Below are positions 1 to 8,878 of a stretch of DNA of 64,000 bases, piece by piece (the first letter of the stretch is position 1; each line of letters starts with the position of its first letter). Both the position numbers and the translations under genes were made by a program. The notes under the pieces are model-generated. The model did not search any database. It was not told the origin of the DNA and saw only the letters and a program-made list of their open reading frames with translations. The stretch comes from a virus, in IMG/VR virus record IMGVR_UViG_3300032265_002113, positions 2,257 to 66,256 of that record; one strand, 5' to 3'.

Positions 1-195
1 GCACGAGCATATACGATTTTCAATGACCGTATGAAGGCTATCACCTTGTGTGTTAATCGTTTCGATGAAGAAACTAAGACTGCATTTCTTGACCTGTACA
101 GCAAAGTCGATGCAAAAGTCCATGCACCTGAACCAGTGTCGGCGCCTGCAAAACCAATTGCACCGGCAACTGATGATGACGAAATTCCCTTTTAA
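1..195 (+). CDS. cobS: 3' end of CobS-like AAA+ ATPase of T4-like phages (partial)
   Basis: Frame 1 reads ARAYTIFNDRMKAITLCVNRFDEETKTAFLDLYSKVDA...DDDEIPF*. The CVNRFD-ETK-AFL-LY-KVD segment matches the C-terminus of phage CobS-like proteins. Not in the ORF track because it has no start in the window. Confidence 0.75.
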   Translation, partial: ARAYTIFNDRMKAITLCVNRFDEETKTAFLDLYSKVDAKVHAPEPVSAPAKPIAPATDDDEIPF

Positions 196-210
196 TTGAA
201 AGAACATATT

Positions 211-564
211 ATGGCTACAAAACTTAAAGTACGCACAGGCAAACAAAATCGCCACGAAAAAATTACCGTTGTGATGTTGTCAGGCCTGCCTGTATCACCA
301 GATGCTATTAAGGCCTGCTTCAAGGGTACAGACCAAGAGGCAGTCCTGTATCGGTTGCCGACTAATATATACAATATCCGTCGTGATGGAGGCGTGATTA
401 AAGTGTTCAAGACAGGTCGCAATGTCACCGCATATCAACTAAAGAATTGTAACGAATTTAACGCAGAAGGACGATACATTGGTCGACCTACTACTGTGAC
501 ACCTGTTGTCCGTGAGGAACCTATCGTAACGCATATTGTAACAGAAGAATTGGAGACTGTATGA
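211..564 (+). CDS. hypothetical protein
   Basis: ORF with ATG at 211, tightly packed with its neighbours. Confidence 0.7.
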   Translation: MATKLKVRTGKQNRHEKITVVMLSGLPVSPDAIKACFKGTDQEAVLYRLPTNIYNIRRDGGVIKVFKTGRNVTAYQLKNCNEFNAEGRYIGRPTTVTPVVREEPIVTHIVTEELETV

Positions 565-797
565 GTGGTTGGAGAAAACGTCAGATTGCCGATAAACTTG
601 AAGATGATACGACCAATGCGAGGAGTATCTCGCAATGGTATATTGAAAACAATGTAGAAGTTACTTGGTATGTGCTAGGTATCTTAACAATGTCTGTAAT
701 GGATTCTTTAATCAAACGTGAATATTCAGCTGCAGGATTTATTTTTGTCCTTATGATTGCTAACTATTTACTACGAAGTCATGGATTCCGCAAATGA
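561..797 (+). CDS. hypothetical membrane protein (two hydrophobic segments)
   Basis: ATGA overlap with previous gene; hydrophobic VTWYVLGILTM and AAGFIFVLMIANYLL. Confidence 0.7.
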   Translation: MSGWRKRQIADKLEDDTTNARSISQWYIENNVEVTWYVLGILTMSVMDSLIKREYSAAGFIFVLMIANYLLRSHGFRK

Positions 798-994
798 AAA
801 TAAATTCAATTCAAACACACACTAATGAAATGTATCGTTTACAGGATAGTAAAAGAATAGAAAAAGAACATACTGAACGAATGCAGGAAGAAATTAGAAT
901 CAAAGAGCATCGAAAAGTTGATGAGGCTCAGCGTGTTGAAATGAATCGTAAATTAAACCGTCCCACGGGACAAAGAGTGGATACATTGGCATGA
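794..994 (+). CDS. hypothetical protein
   Basis: ATGA overlaps on both sides. Confidence 0.65.
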   Translation: MKINSIQTHTNEMYRLQDSKRIEKEHTERMQEEIRIKEHRKVDEAQRVEMNRKLNRPTGQRVDTLA

Positions 995-1221
995 AAAAAA
1001 GAGACCGAAAAAACCTACATTACCTATTAAGTTTGGATGAAATGACACTACTTGCGTGGTGGTTGTCGGCTCCCGGTCCGGACAGAGAATATGCATCCGA
1101 ACTTTTGAAAATGTATAGTGAAGAGCTTGACAATCGTCTGGCTTTGTGTTATGATGGTCCCGAGGACGGGGATTTTGCCCAGGCAAATGACCTAATCAAT
1201 AGTATTAAGAGTAAATTGTAA
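991..1221 (+). CDS. hypothetical protein
   Basis: ATGA overlap, continuous operon. Confidence 0.65.
   Translation: MKKRDRKNLHYLLSLDEMTLLAWWLSAPGPDREYASELLKMYSEELDNRLALCYDGPEDGDFAQANDLINSIKSKL
1127..1155 (+). promoter_or_regulatory. sigma70-type early promoter
   Basis: TTGACA-N17-TATGAT with extended -10 TG; spacer nearly identical to the promoter at 4640. Confidence 0.7.
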
Positions 1222-1232
1222 ATAGAGGATAT

Positions 1233-1490
1233 ATGATGAATCGTAAATGGTTTGAAGAATTGTTGACTGACCAAGTTGTAACAGTGGCTTTTGTTAAGAA
1301 AGATGGTACCGACCGCAATATGCGTTGTACACTTATGCCTGAATGGCTGCCTGTCAAAGACCTGCCTGAATCAACTGAAACTACACAGCGTTCTAAATCT
1401 GAAACATCGGTTGCTGTGTTTGATTTGGACATTAAAGGCTGGCGTGCATTCAGTATTGAATCTGTTAAGTCGATTACATTCGGAGCATAA
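1233..1490 (+). CDS. WYL_2/Sm-like domain protein (T4 gp61.1-like)
   Basis: V-V-F-KKDGT-R-M-CTL and VFDLD-KGWR-F motifs; GAGG Shine-Dalgarno. Confidence 0.75.
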   Translation: MMNRKWFEELLTDQVVTVAFVKKDGTDRNMRCTLMPEWLPVKDLPESTETTQRSKSETSVAVFDLDIKGWRAFSIESVKSITFGA

Positions 1491-1492
1491 TT

Positions 1493-1720
1493 ATGGCTTT
1501 TGTTGAAGTTGAAGTTCATCTGGACGATTTTGATACTGATGATGTGATTGATTACCTTGAGCGTCAAGGTTATACGGTAATGCATTCTGCTGGTAGTCAT
1601 CTTCCGATGAATAATCCTACAGATGAATTGCGTTTGATTTGGGAAGCAATGTATCTTGGTAAACCATATGATGAAATGGTGCGAAGGTTTGTTAGTGGCC
1701 ATACTGGTCGTTTTTTGTGA
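1493..1720 (+). CDS. hypothetical protein
   Basis: ORF with GGAG Shine-Dalgarno, in operon. Confidence 0.7.
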   Translation: MAFVEVEVHLDDFDTDDVIDYLERQGYTVMHSAGSHLPMNNPTDELRLIWEAMYLGKPYDEMVRRFVSGHTGRFL

Positions 1721-1734
1721 AAAGTGAGTATATT

Positions 1735-2067
1735 ATGAAAGTTAAATTGTTTGCAGCTTTGGCTGCTGTTGTTCTTGTTACTGGATGTTCTACTGCAACT
1801 AGAACAGCATGGGAAGTAAATGTGCCTGCAAAAGAAGCAGCTGCACCTACTGTTATTGTTAATATGCCTAAGCCTGTTGAAACAGATACCTATAAGTTGC
1901 AAAACTATAAGGGTCCAGAAGCAATGGATTCTAATGAACTAGCGATGCATTCCCGTGAGTGTGTTCTTTCTAAATTGCGTCCTCGCGTGACCTATGTTTC
2001 AGTCCGTGCAGAAGCAGGTAAGATTTTGGTGCCTGTATCTGTTAATTGCGAACCTTACATCCAATAA
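1735..2067 (+). CDS. putative lipoprotein
   Basis: MKVK + hydrophobic stretch + lipobox LVTG-C. Confidence 0.7.
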   Translation: MKVKLFAALAAVVLVTGCSTATRTAWEVNVPAKEAAAPTVIVNMPKPVETDTYKLQNYKGPEAMDSNELAMHSRECVLSKLRPRVTYVSVRAEAGKILVPVSVNCEPYIQ

Positions 2068-2070
2068 AAA

Positions 2071-2568
2071 ATGGACTATATCTACATGCCGGTTTTTTGG
2101 ATGTGTTTTATCGCATCCGGTGGTAATTGTCAATTCATGCAACCTGAAAATACAGTTTACTACAAAACTTCTTCAGCTTGTGCAAGAATTCTTGAAAGAG
2201 AGAAAAAATCTATTTTAGACAAAATCAAAAAAGATAAAAATCAACCCGATATATTTGGATCAAATTGTATTACACTTATTGTACAATCTCCTAATTATCC
2301 ACTTGAGCAAGTAGAAATCTTTTACAAAACTAAAAACGTGGAAAATTCTTTGGCTTTGGATGTAAATACTTACAAAACCAAGGTGGTTAAAGCTGATGAT
2401 TTGGATGAACTTGAAAAAGAAGTTGAAGCTGCAACCAAAAAACCTGTTAATAAAACCAAAGAAATAGAGTATATAGTAAATGAAGCACCTAAATCTTTTG
2501 TTATTGATTGTATGCGTTATATGAGTCTTTCAAAAAGTGATTGTGAGAAGAGCTGGTTTATCAAATAA
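2071..2568 (+). CDS. hypothetical protein (Cys-containing)
   Basis: 165-aa ORF in operon. Confidence 0.65.
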   Translation: MDYIYMPVFWMCFIASGGNCQFMQPENTVYYKTSSACARILEREKKSILDKIKKDKNQPDIFGSNCITLIVQSPNYPLEQVEIFYKTKNVENSLALDVNTYKTKVVKADDLDELEKEVEAATKKPVNKTKEIEYIVNEAPKSFVIDCMRYMSLSKSDCEKSWFIK

Positions 2569-2583
2569 TTCAATTATTTGCTA

Positions 2584-2591
2584 TATAAATA
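2584..2591 (+). promoter_or_regulatory. T4-type late promoter
   Basis: Exact TATAAATA in an intergenic gap. Confidence 0.7.
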
Positions 2592-2648
2592 TGTGTAACA
2601 TTGATTAGTCAATGTAATTTTAAATTTTTAACTGATGGAGTATCTAAA

Positions 2649-2810
2649 ATGAATGAACTAAAATTATCTACCAACCTTGTGAACGCTATTCTTCAATATT
2701 TGGCAACAAAGCCATATCAAGAAGTTTACCAAATTGTTGAAGCAATTCAAAAAGAAGCATCACCACAAGCACAACCTGGTGTTGTAACAGACGCAGCGCC
2801 TGCGGTTTAA
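2649..2810 (+). CDS. small hypothetical protein
   Basis: GGAG Shine-Dalgarno before ATG 2649; flanked by a late promoter and a terminator. Confidence 0.7.
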   Translation: MNELKLSTNLVNAILQYLATKPYQEVYQIVEAIQKEASPQAQPGVVTDAAPAV

Positions 2811-2815
2811 TCAAC

Positions 2816-2842
2816 AAACCTTGCACTCGCAAGGTTTTTTAT
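2816..2842 (+). terminator. Rho-independent terminator
   Basis: AAACCTTGC-ACTC-GCAAGGTTT hairpin followed by a T run. Confidence 0.75.
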
Positions 2843-2847
2843 AAATT

Positions 2848-3537
2848 ATGAAAATCAAAATTGGTCCTCATATCAATTGGATTGGCCCATATCAAATTGC
2901 AGACATGCTTTGCTTTTGGGTCAAACCAGTAAAAGACGAACATGGCTTTAAAGATAAACCAGATTGGGTACACCAGTTTGGTAAACGCTTAAGTAAAAAC
3001 AGCAAAGGTGAAGAATCACTTTTGTCTAAGTTTTGCCACTGGGTACATTCAAAAAGAAATCAAACTGTCAAGGTAAAGATTGACCGTTGGGATACTTGGA
3101 ACATGGACTCAACATTGGCTTTGATTATTCTTCCAATGTTGAAACAACTAAGAGATAAAAAACACGGTGCACCTTTTGTGCGTGATGAAGATGTACCTGA
3201 AGGTTTGAATCTCCGTTCTACTGAAGCACCACCTAAAGAAAATGAATGGGACACAGATGAAAACCATTTCAAGCGTTGGGATTGGGTGCTCGATGAAATC
3301 ATTTGGGGTTTTGAACAAGAACATCCTGATTGTGATTGGGATGCTCAATACCATACAGGTGTAATTGACACTGAATGGATTCCAATAACCGATGAAAATG
3401 GCAATCAATTGTTTGAAATGAAGAAAACAGAAAAAGATACCAGCCATTTTGATATTGAAGGTTACAAAGCACATTCGGAACGTATTGACAATGCTATGCT
3501 TTTGTTTGGTCGTTACTATAGAGGACTTTGGGACTGA
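2848..3537 (+). CDS. conserved phage hypothetical protein
   Basis: 229-aa Trp-rich ORF (WDTWNMD-TLA-II-P-L, RWDWVLDE-IW-F). Confidence 0.75.
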   Translation: MKIKIGPHINWIGPYQIADMLCFWVKPVKDEHGFKDKPDWVHQFGKRLSKNSKGEESLLSKFCHWVHSKRNQTVKVKIDRWDTWNMDSTLALIILPMLKQLRDKKHGAPFVRDEDVPEGLNLRSTEAPPKENEWDTDENHFKRWDWVLDEIIWGFEQEHPDCDWDAQYHTGVIDTEWIPITDENGNQLFEMKKTEKDTSHFDIEGYKAHSERIDNAMLLFGRYYRGLWD

Positions 3538-3680
3538 TGGACTATAATACCATCGGTCGTGAATTGGTTGAAATGTTTGGTGATAAACTGCCTAATCCCA
3601 TACATGAACCTATTCGTTTTGCGTACTATATAAAATTATATAACTATGAAAAGTCGATGAAAAATGAGCCACGAGGATGA
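3537..3680 (+). CDS. small hypothetical protein (47 aa)
   Basis: TGATG overlap; MDYNTIGRELVEMFGDKLPNPIHEPIRFAYY...; below the ORF-track cutoff. Confidence 0.55.
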   Translation: MDYNTIGRELVEMFGDKLPNPIHEPIRFAYYIKLYNYEKSMKNEPRG

Positions 3681-3954
3681 CAAATTCAAACACAGTAAAC
3701 GCCTACTCAAAGATGAGAATGCTGTAAACAAGCAATCTAAAATCGCTAAGGCATTTGGTGTACAGGTTAAAGAACCACATAAGTTTGCCAAGAAACATGC
3801 AATGAATTGTGGTAATCCTAATTGTGTAATGTGTGGTAATCCACGCAAAGTATTTAAAGAACCAACACAACAAGAAAAACGCCTGTTTCAAGATGTTGAT
3901 GCACCCACAAATAAACATAGTAATGGTTTAAACATAATTGAAGAAAACCTATGA
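3664..3954 (+). CDS. hypothetical protein with CxxxxCxxC motif
   Basis: HAMNCGNPNCVMCGNPRK, a possible zinc site. Confidence 0.7.
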   Translation: MSHEDDKFKHSKRLLKDENAVNKQSKIAKAFGVQVKEPHKFAKKHAMNCGNPNCVMCGNPRKVFKEPTQQEKRLFQDVDAPTNKHSNGLNIIEENL

Positions 3955-4466
3955 GTAATTTAATTAAACACGCCGAAACAGAATTGGATCTTATTGGTCT
4001 AACTGATGGAGATGATTACAATTCTGCAATGCGGAAACACATTCTGCACATGATTAAAGAATTTGCAGATGAAGGCCATTCTGGTTTCTCTGGTGCTTAT
4101 GCAATTCAAATTTTAACCAAATTGATGGACTTTAAACCATTGACTCCATTGACTGGTGAAGATTCTGAATGGACTGATGTATCATCCTACGGAGATGGAA
4201 CTAATATGCGTTGGCAAAATAACCGACATGGTTCTGTATTCAAAGATGCTGATGGTTCTTGTTATGATATTGATGGCATAGTATTCTGGGAATGGTTTAG
4301 AGATTTGGAAACAGGTAAGGCAATCAAAACATATTATACTGCTAGTGATTCCCGTGTGCCTGTGACATTTCCATATACTGTACCAGATAAACCAATATAT
4401 CAATATCGACAACCCGATGATTCTGACGAGATTGCTTTGCAAAACGAAAATGGTTTTTTCCGATGA
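3951..4466 (+). CDS. conserved phage hypothetical protein
   Basis: F-DEGHSGFS and PLTPLTGEDSEW motifs. Confidence 0.75.
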   Translation: MSNLIKHAETELDLIGLTDGDDYNSAMRKHILHMIKEFADEGHSGFSGAYAIQILTKLMDFKPLTPLTGEDSEWTDVSSYGDGTNMRWQNNRHGSVFKDADGSCYDIDGIVFWEWFRDLETGKAIKTYYTASDSRVPVTFPYTVPDKPIYQYRQPDDSDEIALQNENGFFR

Positions 4467-4720
4467 AATCCATATTTAATTATTTTGAGGCGAAGAATAG
4501 GTTGCGTGAAGCCAAAAAAACTATCCTAATGATGGGTGGTGAAGATGAATGTCAACCTATGCTTCTAGGCCAAAGAGACTTCTTGGAATTAGAAGTTGAT
4601 TATTACCATGATGAAATGGTATCCTTAGGATATAAGACCTTGACAATCGTTTGTCTTTGTGTTATACTGTATTTTGTTAATAATTTTTTAGGATTATATG
4701 AAAACCCCTTCCACTTTTAA
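4463..4720 (+). CDS. hypothetical membrane-anchored protein
   Basis: ATGA overlap; C-terminal hydrophobic segment. Confidence 0.6.
   Translation: MKSIFNYFEAKNRLREAKKTILMMGGEDECQPMLLGQRDFLELEVDYYHDEMVSLGYKTLTIVCLCVILYFVNNFLGLYENPFHF
4640..4668 (+). promoter_or_regulatory. sigma70-type early promoter
   Basis: TTGACA-N17-TATACT with extended -10 TG. Confidence 0.7.
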
Positions 4721-4877
4721 ACTATCTAAAAGAAACAAAACTATGATTGCGCTGCTTCCATTTGCGTATAGAGAGCAACGGGAAGCTTTCAAGCAAAACA
4801 TGATTCAAGCTCAATACATTGCTTCAACATCCGAACGACAACAAATGGGTGTAAATGCTAAGGGCAAAGACGAATAA
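4698..4877 (+). CDS. small hypothetical protein (59 aa)
   Basis: AGGA Shine-Dalgarno, just downstream of the promoter; MKTPSTFKLSKRNK...; below the ORF-track cutoff. Confidence 0.55.
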   Translation: MKTPSTFKLSKRNKTMIALLPFAYREQREAFKQNMIQAQYIASTSERQQMGVNAKGKDE

Positions 4878-4908
4878 ATACAACCCACAACTAACTTGAA
4901 AGAATATT

Positions 4909-5226
4909 ATGAGCACATTTATCGAAGTATTTTCTGTTGAAAAAAACACCAAAGTAATTATCAATCTAGATTCAATTCTAGAAATTGCGCCGCTGCGTGA
5001 AGGTGGTTGTAATTTGTTTTTCCCTGATGCTGCGGCTGTTGGTGGTAAAAACTCTATGAAGGTTACAGATTCTTATTCAATGTTCCAACAATTTGCATTG
5101 CAGACAGTATCACCAGAAGATATTGCATCACGAATTCAAAGAATGCAACCGCAAGAAACTGAACGCCGTGGTCCAGGTCGCCCACCAAAAGTAACTATGG
5201 GCAATACTACCGCTGGTCTTGAATAA
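4909..5226 (+). CDS. hypothetical protein
   Basis: 105-aa ORF with RRGPGRPPK (AT-hook-like) near the C-terminus. Confidence 0.7.
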   Translation: MSTFIEVFSVEKNTKVIINLDSILEIAPLREGGCNLFFPDAAAVGGKNSMKVTDSYSMFQQFALQTVSPEDIASRIQRMQPQETERRGPGRPPKVTMGNTTAGLE

Positions 5227-5498
5227 TGGATAATAACCGCGAAGTGTTGTTAATTGCACAAGAAGAATGTGCAGAGGTAATACAAGCGATTAGTAAGTGT
5301 TTTAGGTTTGGCCTCGATAACATCAAGCCAAACACAACTAAAACTAATCGTGAACACCTAGAAGAAGAAATTGGTGACCTGATGGCTATGGTTTACATTT
5401 GTTATGATTTGAAAATTATTAATCCCGTCAAGGTGCTTGAAGCACAAGAAAACAAAATTCACAAACTTAAAAAATGGTCTACAGTATTTGATGAGTAA
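5226..5498 (+). CDS. MazG-like nucleotide pyrophosphohydrolase
   Basis: EECAEVIQAISK and EEEIGDL motifs (ExxE...ExxD). Confidence 0.7.
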   Translation: MDNNREVLLIAQEECAEVIQAISKCFRFGLDNIKPNTTKTNREHLEEEIGDLMAMVYICYDLKIINPVKVLEAQENKIHKLKKWSTVFDE

Positions 5499-5766
5499 TA
5501 TTTTAAAATGGATTAGTAATGATTACGAAAGCAATAGAGTACGTTTTTATTTTGAGATCCTTGCTTGGGCTTTATCTGTTGGTTGTGCTATCACTATGGC
5601 CCTCACCGTGCCTAATCCTCCCCTTCTTATCATGTACCCAGTTTGGATTACAGGTTGTCTTATATACGCTGGGTGCGCTTATACTCGGCGTTCCTTTGGT
5701 ATGCTCGCTAATTATTTCCTATTGGTCACCATCGACTCTATCGGATTATTAAGGATGGTATTGTGA
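5491..5766 (+). CDS. small multi-pass membrane protein
   Basis: Three hydrophobic segments; ATG at 5491. Confidence 0.7.
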   Translation: MSNILKWISNDYESNRVRFYFEILAWALSVGCAITMALTVPNPPLLIMYPVWITGCLIYAGCAYTRRSFGMLANYFLLVTIDSIGLLRMVL

Positions 5767-6035
5767 CATTTACTGAGGATGATACTGTGACATTAACGAC
5801 AAATGCATTTAATGTTGTACAACAAACACCTTATATTCCACCAACGCCGGCACCAACTTGGTATGTTACAATGCCTGAACCAATCAGTTATGAGTTTCGG
5901 GTGGTTGAATATATGAAAGATGGAAAAATAGATAAAGTTGCTTTACAGATGTGTAAACATATACACGACCAATATGGCAATATAAAAACACAGGGAATTT
6001 GGCAAGAAGTACCACGAACACAAATTCAATTATGA
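5763..6035 (+). CDS. hypothetical protein
   Basis: GTGA overlap, in operon. Confidence 0.6.
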   Translation: MTFTEDDTVTLTTNAFNVVQQTPYIPPTPAPTWYVTMPEPISYEFRVVEYMKDGKIDKVALQMCKHIHDQYGNIKTQGIWQEVPRTQIQL

Positions 6036-6595
6036 ATATCTTTTACCTCGACAACGATCCAAAAGTGTGTGCAGAAATGCACAACAATAAGCATACAATA
6101 AAAATGATTCTTGAATACTCTCAACTATTGTCCACCGCTCATCGGGTGCTTGACGGTGAAGAATATTTCGAGTTGACTGCAAATGGTCGCCGAATTAAAC
6201 GCTGGGAATTATCAGATGACCGTGAAGAAAAACTTTACAAAGCTTCACATATCAATCATCCTTCCGCTATTTGGTGTCGTAAAGGTATAATCCAATACCG
6301 CTGGCTGCATAATCTTTTGATTGAACTATGTAAAGAATACACATATCGTTATGGTAAAATTCACAAAGTTGAACGGGATGGTCTACTCTGGAAATTAGAA
6401 CAACCACCAAAAAATATACATACTGATGTATTCTGGTCTGAACCAACACCTGCAATGCCTGATGAAGTAAAGATTGCCGGTGATTCTGTTGCATCGTATA
6501 GGAATTATTATATAAATAATAAGACGCACCTAGCCTCATGGCGTGGTAAGATTAACTCTCGTAATGTTCCAGGATGGTATAATGCCCAGCTATGA
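6032..6595 (+). CDS. pyrimidine-dimer DNA glycosylase-like (DenV family-like) protein
   Basis: MNIFYLD, KH-IKMILE-SQLLSTAH, HINHPSAIW and PAMPD motifs. Confidence 0.7.
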   Translation: MNIFYLDNDPKVCAEMHNNKHTIKMILEYSQLLSTAHRVLDGEEYFELTANGRRIKRWELSDDREEKLYKASHINHPSAIWCRKGIIQYRWLHNLLIELCKEYTYRYGKIHKVERDGLLWKLEQPPKNIHTDVFWSEPTPAMPDEVKIAGDSVASYRNYYINNKTHLASWRGKINSRNVPGWYNAQL

Positions 6596-6860
6596 TTTCT
6601 TAAATAAAGATACAAACAAAGTAGAAGAACACCGTATGAGAATTGCGGAACTAGATTCGTTTGTTGAAAACAATCCACACCTTGAACGCTATCATACAGC
6701 ACACAATCTTCCAATTATGTCAGATGGTGCTCGTATGTCTGTTCCCGGTATTGGTCAAGCTCACATGGCCTTTGAACGCGGTGTCATTCAACGCATGAAA
6801 GAATCCATTCCAGGAAACACAATGTCGGGTCATAAAACAAAGTTGCCTAGAGAATGGTAA
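6582..6860 (+). CDS. FmdB-like small protein (Cys-less variant)
   Basis: MPSYDF start, and usual position upstream of phoH in T4-like phages. Confidence 0.55.
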   Translation: MPSYDFLNKDTNKVEEHRMRIAELDSFVENNPHLERYHTAHNLPIMSDGARMSVPGIGQAHMAFERGVIQRMKESIPGNTMSGHKTKLPREW

Positions 6861-7009
6861 TTAATCGTCCTTATCGCATTCCTGCACTTCTTGGTACTGG
6901 CTATTACAAACAGCCACAAAAACAACAAGCACAACCCAAGAAAGTTCCACAAACCAAAGTAGCTGCTTTACTAAAGAAGGATCCTGCAACAACAAAAACC
7001 TCCAAATAA
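6854..7009 (+). CDS. small basic hypothetical protein (51 aa)
   Basis: MVINRPYRIPALLGTGYYKQPQK... fills the gap before phoH. Confidence 0.45.
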   Translation: MVINRPYRIPALLGTGYYKQPQKQQAQPKKVPQTKVAALLKKDPATTKTSK

Positions 7010-7036
7010 TCCCGCAACAACAACAAGGATGTTTCA

Positions 7037-7801
7037 ATGGCAACCAACAGAAAAACAGCAATACAAAAACGTGAAGATTCAATTGAAGGTGATACAACAA
7101 CACACAGACACCAACCAGTTTCAAACTCATTAAAAATAAAATTAGACCATTTAAAAACTTTTGAAGCACTAACACAAAATCAACAAAAATTCTTTGATGC
7201 ATACAAGACAGGTGATTACTTCATTGGCCTACTAGGATCACCAGGTGTTGGTAAAACATTCTTAGCATTGTATCGTGCGATTGAAGAGGTTCTAAACAAA
7301 GATAATCCGTTCACTCATGTTGTAGTTGTTCGTTCTGCTGTACAGGTAAGAGACCAAGGTTTTGTTCCAGGTACATTAGAGGAAAAAATGGAGATTTATG
7401 AAGTGCCTTACAAAGAAATTTGTGAGACACTTTTTGGTCGTTCCGATGCATGGGATAGACTAAAGGAACAAGGATATGCTAGATTTATTTCAACTACTGC
7501 TATTCGTGGTATCTCTATTGATAACTCTATCATTATTGTAGATGAATGTCAGTCGATGACATTTCATGAATTGAGTTCTGTTATCTCCCGTGTTGGTCAC
7601 CGTTCTAAGATTATTTTTGTTGGTGACCTAAAACAGAATGATTTGATTAAGAGTAGAAATGATATATCAGGTCTTGCTGAGTTTTTGAATGTTGCAAGAC
7701 ATATGGATGAGTTTACTGAAATCAATTTTACACCAGACGATATTGTTCGCAGCAGTTTGGTTAAATCATGGATTGTTGCCTGCGATAAATTAGGAATATA
7801 A
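7037..7801 (+). CDS. phoH: PhoH-like ATPase
   Basis: Walker A GSPGVGKT, GFVPGTLEEK, RG, IIVDECQ, SRVG, GDLKQND, DIVRS. Confidence 0.92.
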   Translation: MATNRKTAIQKREDSIEGDTTTHRHQPVSNSLKIKLDHLKTFEALTQNQQKFFDAYKTGDYFIGLLGSPGVGKTFLALYRAIEEVLNKDNPFTHVVVVRSAVQVRDQGFVPGTLEEKMEIYEVPYKEICETLFGRSDAWDRLKEQGYARFISTTAIRGISIDNSIIIVDECQSMTFHELSSVISRVGHRSKIIFVGDLKQNDLIKSRNDISGLAEFLNVARHMDEFTEINFTPDDIVRSSLVKSWIVACDKLGI

Positions 7802-8463
7802 TGTTTAACTACTGCCCACCAAAACCTTTACAAGATTTACAATCTACTACTTTTCCTGATGGTAAAAGATACTATCATTTAGCTGATGGTACAAGATTGC
7901 CTTCTATTACCACTGTTTTAGGTGCGATGAGTAAAGCTGACATACTTGCATGGCGTAAACGTGTTGGTGAAGAAGAAGCTAATAAAATCTCACGCAAAGC
8001 ATCTGGCCGTGGTACAAATGTGCATAGTATCTGTGAAGCATATCTAAACAATAATGTGGATTATTCAAAGAAGGCTATGCCTGATGCATTGGAAATGTTC
8101 AAGAGTCTTAAACCAATCATAGATGCGAATGTATCTGATATTTGGTATCAAGAGTGTACATTGTTTTCCAAAAAACTTGGTGTTGCAGGTCGTGTTGACT
8201 TGATTGCACATTGGGACGGAAAACTATCCATTATTGACTTCAAGACCAGTAGTAGAATCAAAACTAGAGATAAAGTTATGTCTTATTTTTGGCAAGAAAC
8301 TGCATATGCATTGATGTTGGAGGAAATGATTGGTGAACCTGTCGACCAGATTGTTACACTTATGGCTGTAGATGGTTCTGAACCATTAGTATTTGTTGAA
8401 AAGACACAAGACCATATAGATGGACTTGTCAAAGCGATTGAATTTTATAAAACAACCTTATAA
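7801..8463 (+). CDS. PD-(D/E)XK exonuclease (Cas4/RecB-like phage nuclease)
   Basis: PSITTVL, W-KRVGEEEA, RGT-VH, AGRVD, IIDFKTS, Q-TAYA. Confidence 0.85.
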   Translation: MFNYCPPKPLQDLQSTTFPDGKRYYHLADGTRLPSITTVLGAMSKADILAWRKRVGEEEANKISRKASGRGTNVHSICEAYLNNNVDYSKKAMPDALEMFKSLKPIIDANVSDIWYQECTLFSKKLGVAGRVDLIAHWDGKLSIIDFKTSSRIKTRDKVMSYFWQETAYALMLEEMIGEPVDQIVTLMAVDGSEPLVFVEKTQDHIDGLVKAIEFYKTTL

Positions 8464-8466
8464 ATA
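8459..8466 (+). promoter_or_regulatory. T4-type late promoter
   Basis: Exact TATAAATA upstream of the mini fibre gene. Confidence 0.7.
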
Positions 8467-8491
8467 AATATAATAAAAAAAGGAGAACACA

Positions 8492-8860
8492 ATGTCAGCA
8501 ACATTAGGAAATGGATCAATTACATTTGGAGACGGTACCACACAGTCAACAGCGGCCTCCGATATAGGTGTAGGCCAAACCTGGCAAAGTTTCACTTACC
8601 CCGGAAGGATATGGAGCACAACTTACACTAATACTACAGGAAAACCTATAATGGTTATAATTAGCGGTCATTGCCAACCAAATCAAGAATACTGGCTTGA
8701 TATAGATGGAGTGCATACTATGGGAAACAGTATGGGTGGAGGAATGTCAGGAGATGGTTATCTAGCTGCTATTATTAGACCCGGTGGAACATATCTTGCA
8801 AATAATAATGGATCTGGATTTGACACTGGTTCCGGTTTTAGATGGTTTGAACTTCGTTAA
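8492..8860 (+). CDS. stand-alone mini tail-fibre tip protein
   Basis: ITFGDGTTQSTA N-terminal motif plus IGVGQTWQ...TYTNTTGKPIMV...WFELR fibre-tip domain; AGGAG Shine-Dalgarno. Confidence 0.65.
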   Translation: MSATLGNGSITFGDGTTQSTAASDIGVGQTWQSFTYPGRIWSTTYTNTTGKPIMVIISGHCQPNQEYWLDIDGVHTMGNSMGGGMSGDGYLAAIIRPGGTYLANNNGSGFDTGSGFRWFELR

Positions 8861-8878
8861 CGAATAAAAGGATTATAA

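Noticed and set aside
7801-8463. Cas4 of a CRISPR system
   Set aside because: No Fe-S cysteine cluster, no other cas genes and no array; it is the usual phoH-adjacent exonuclease.
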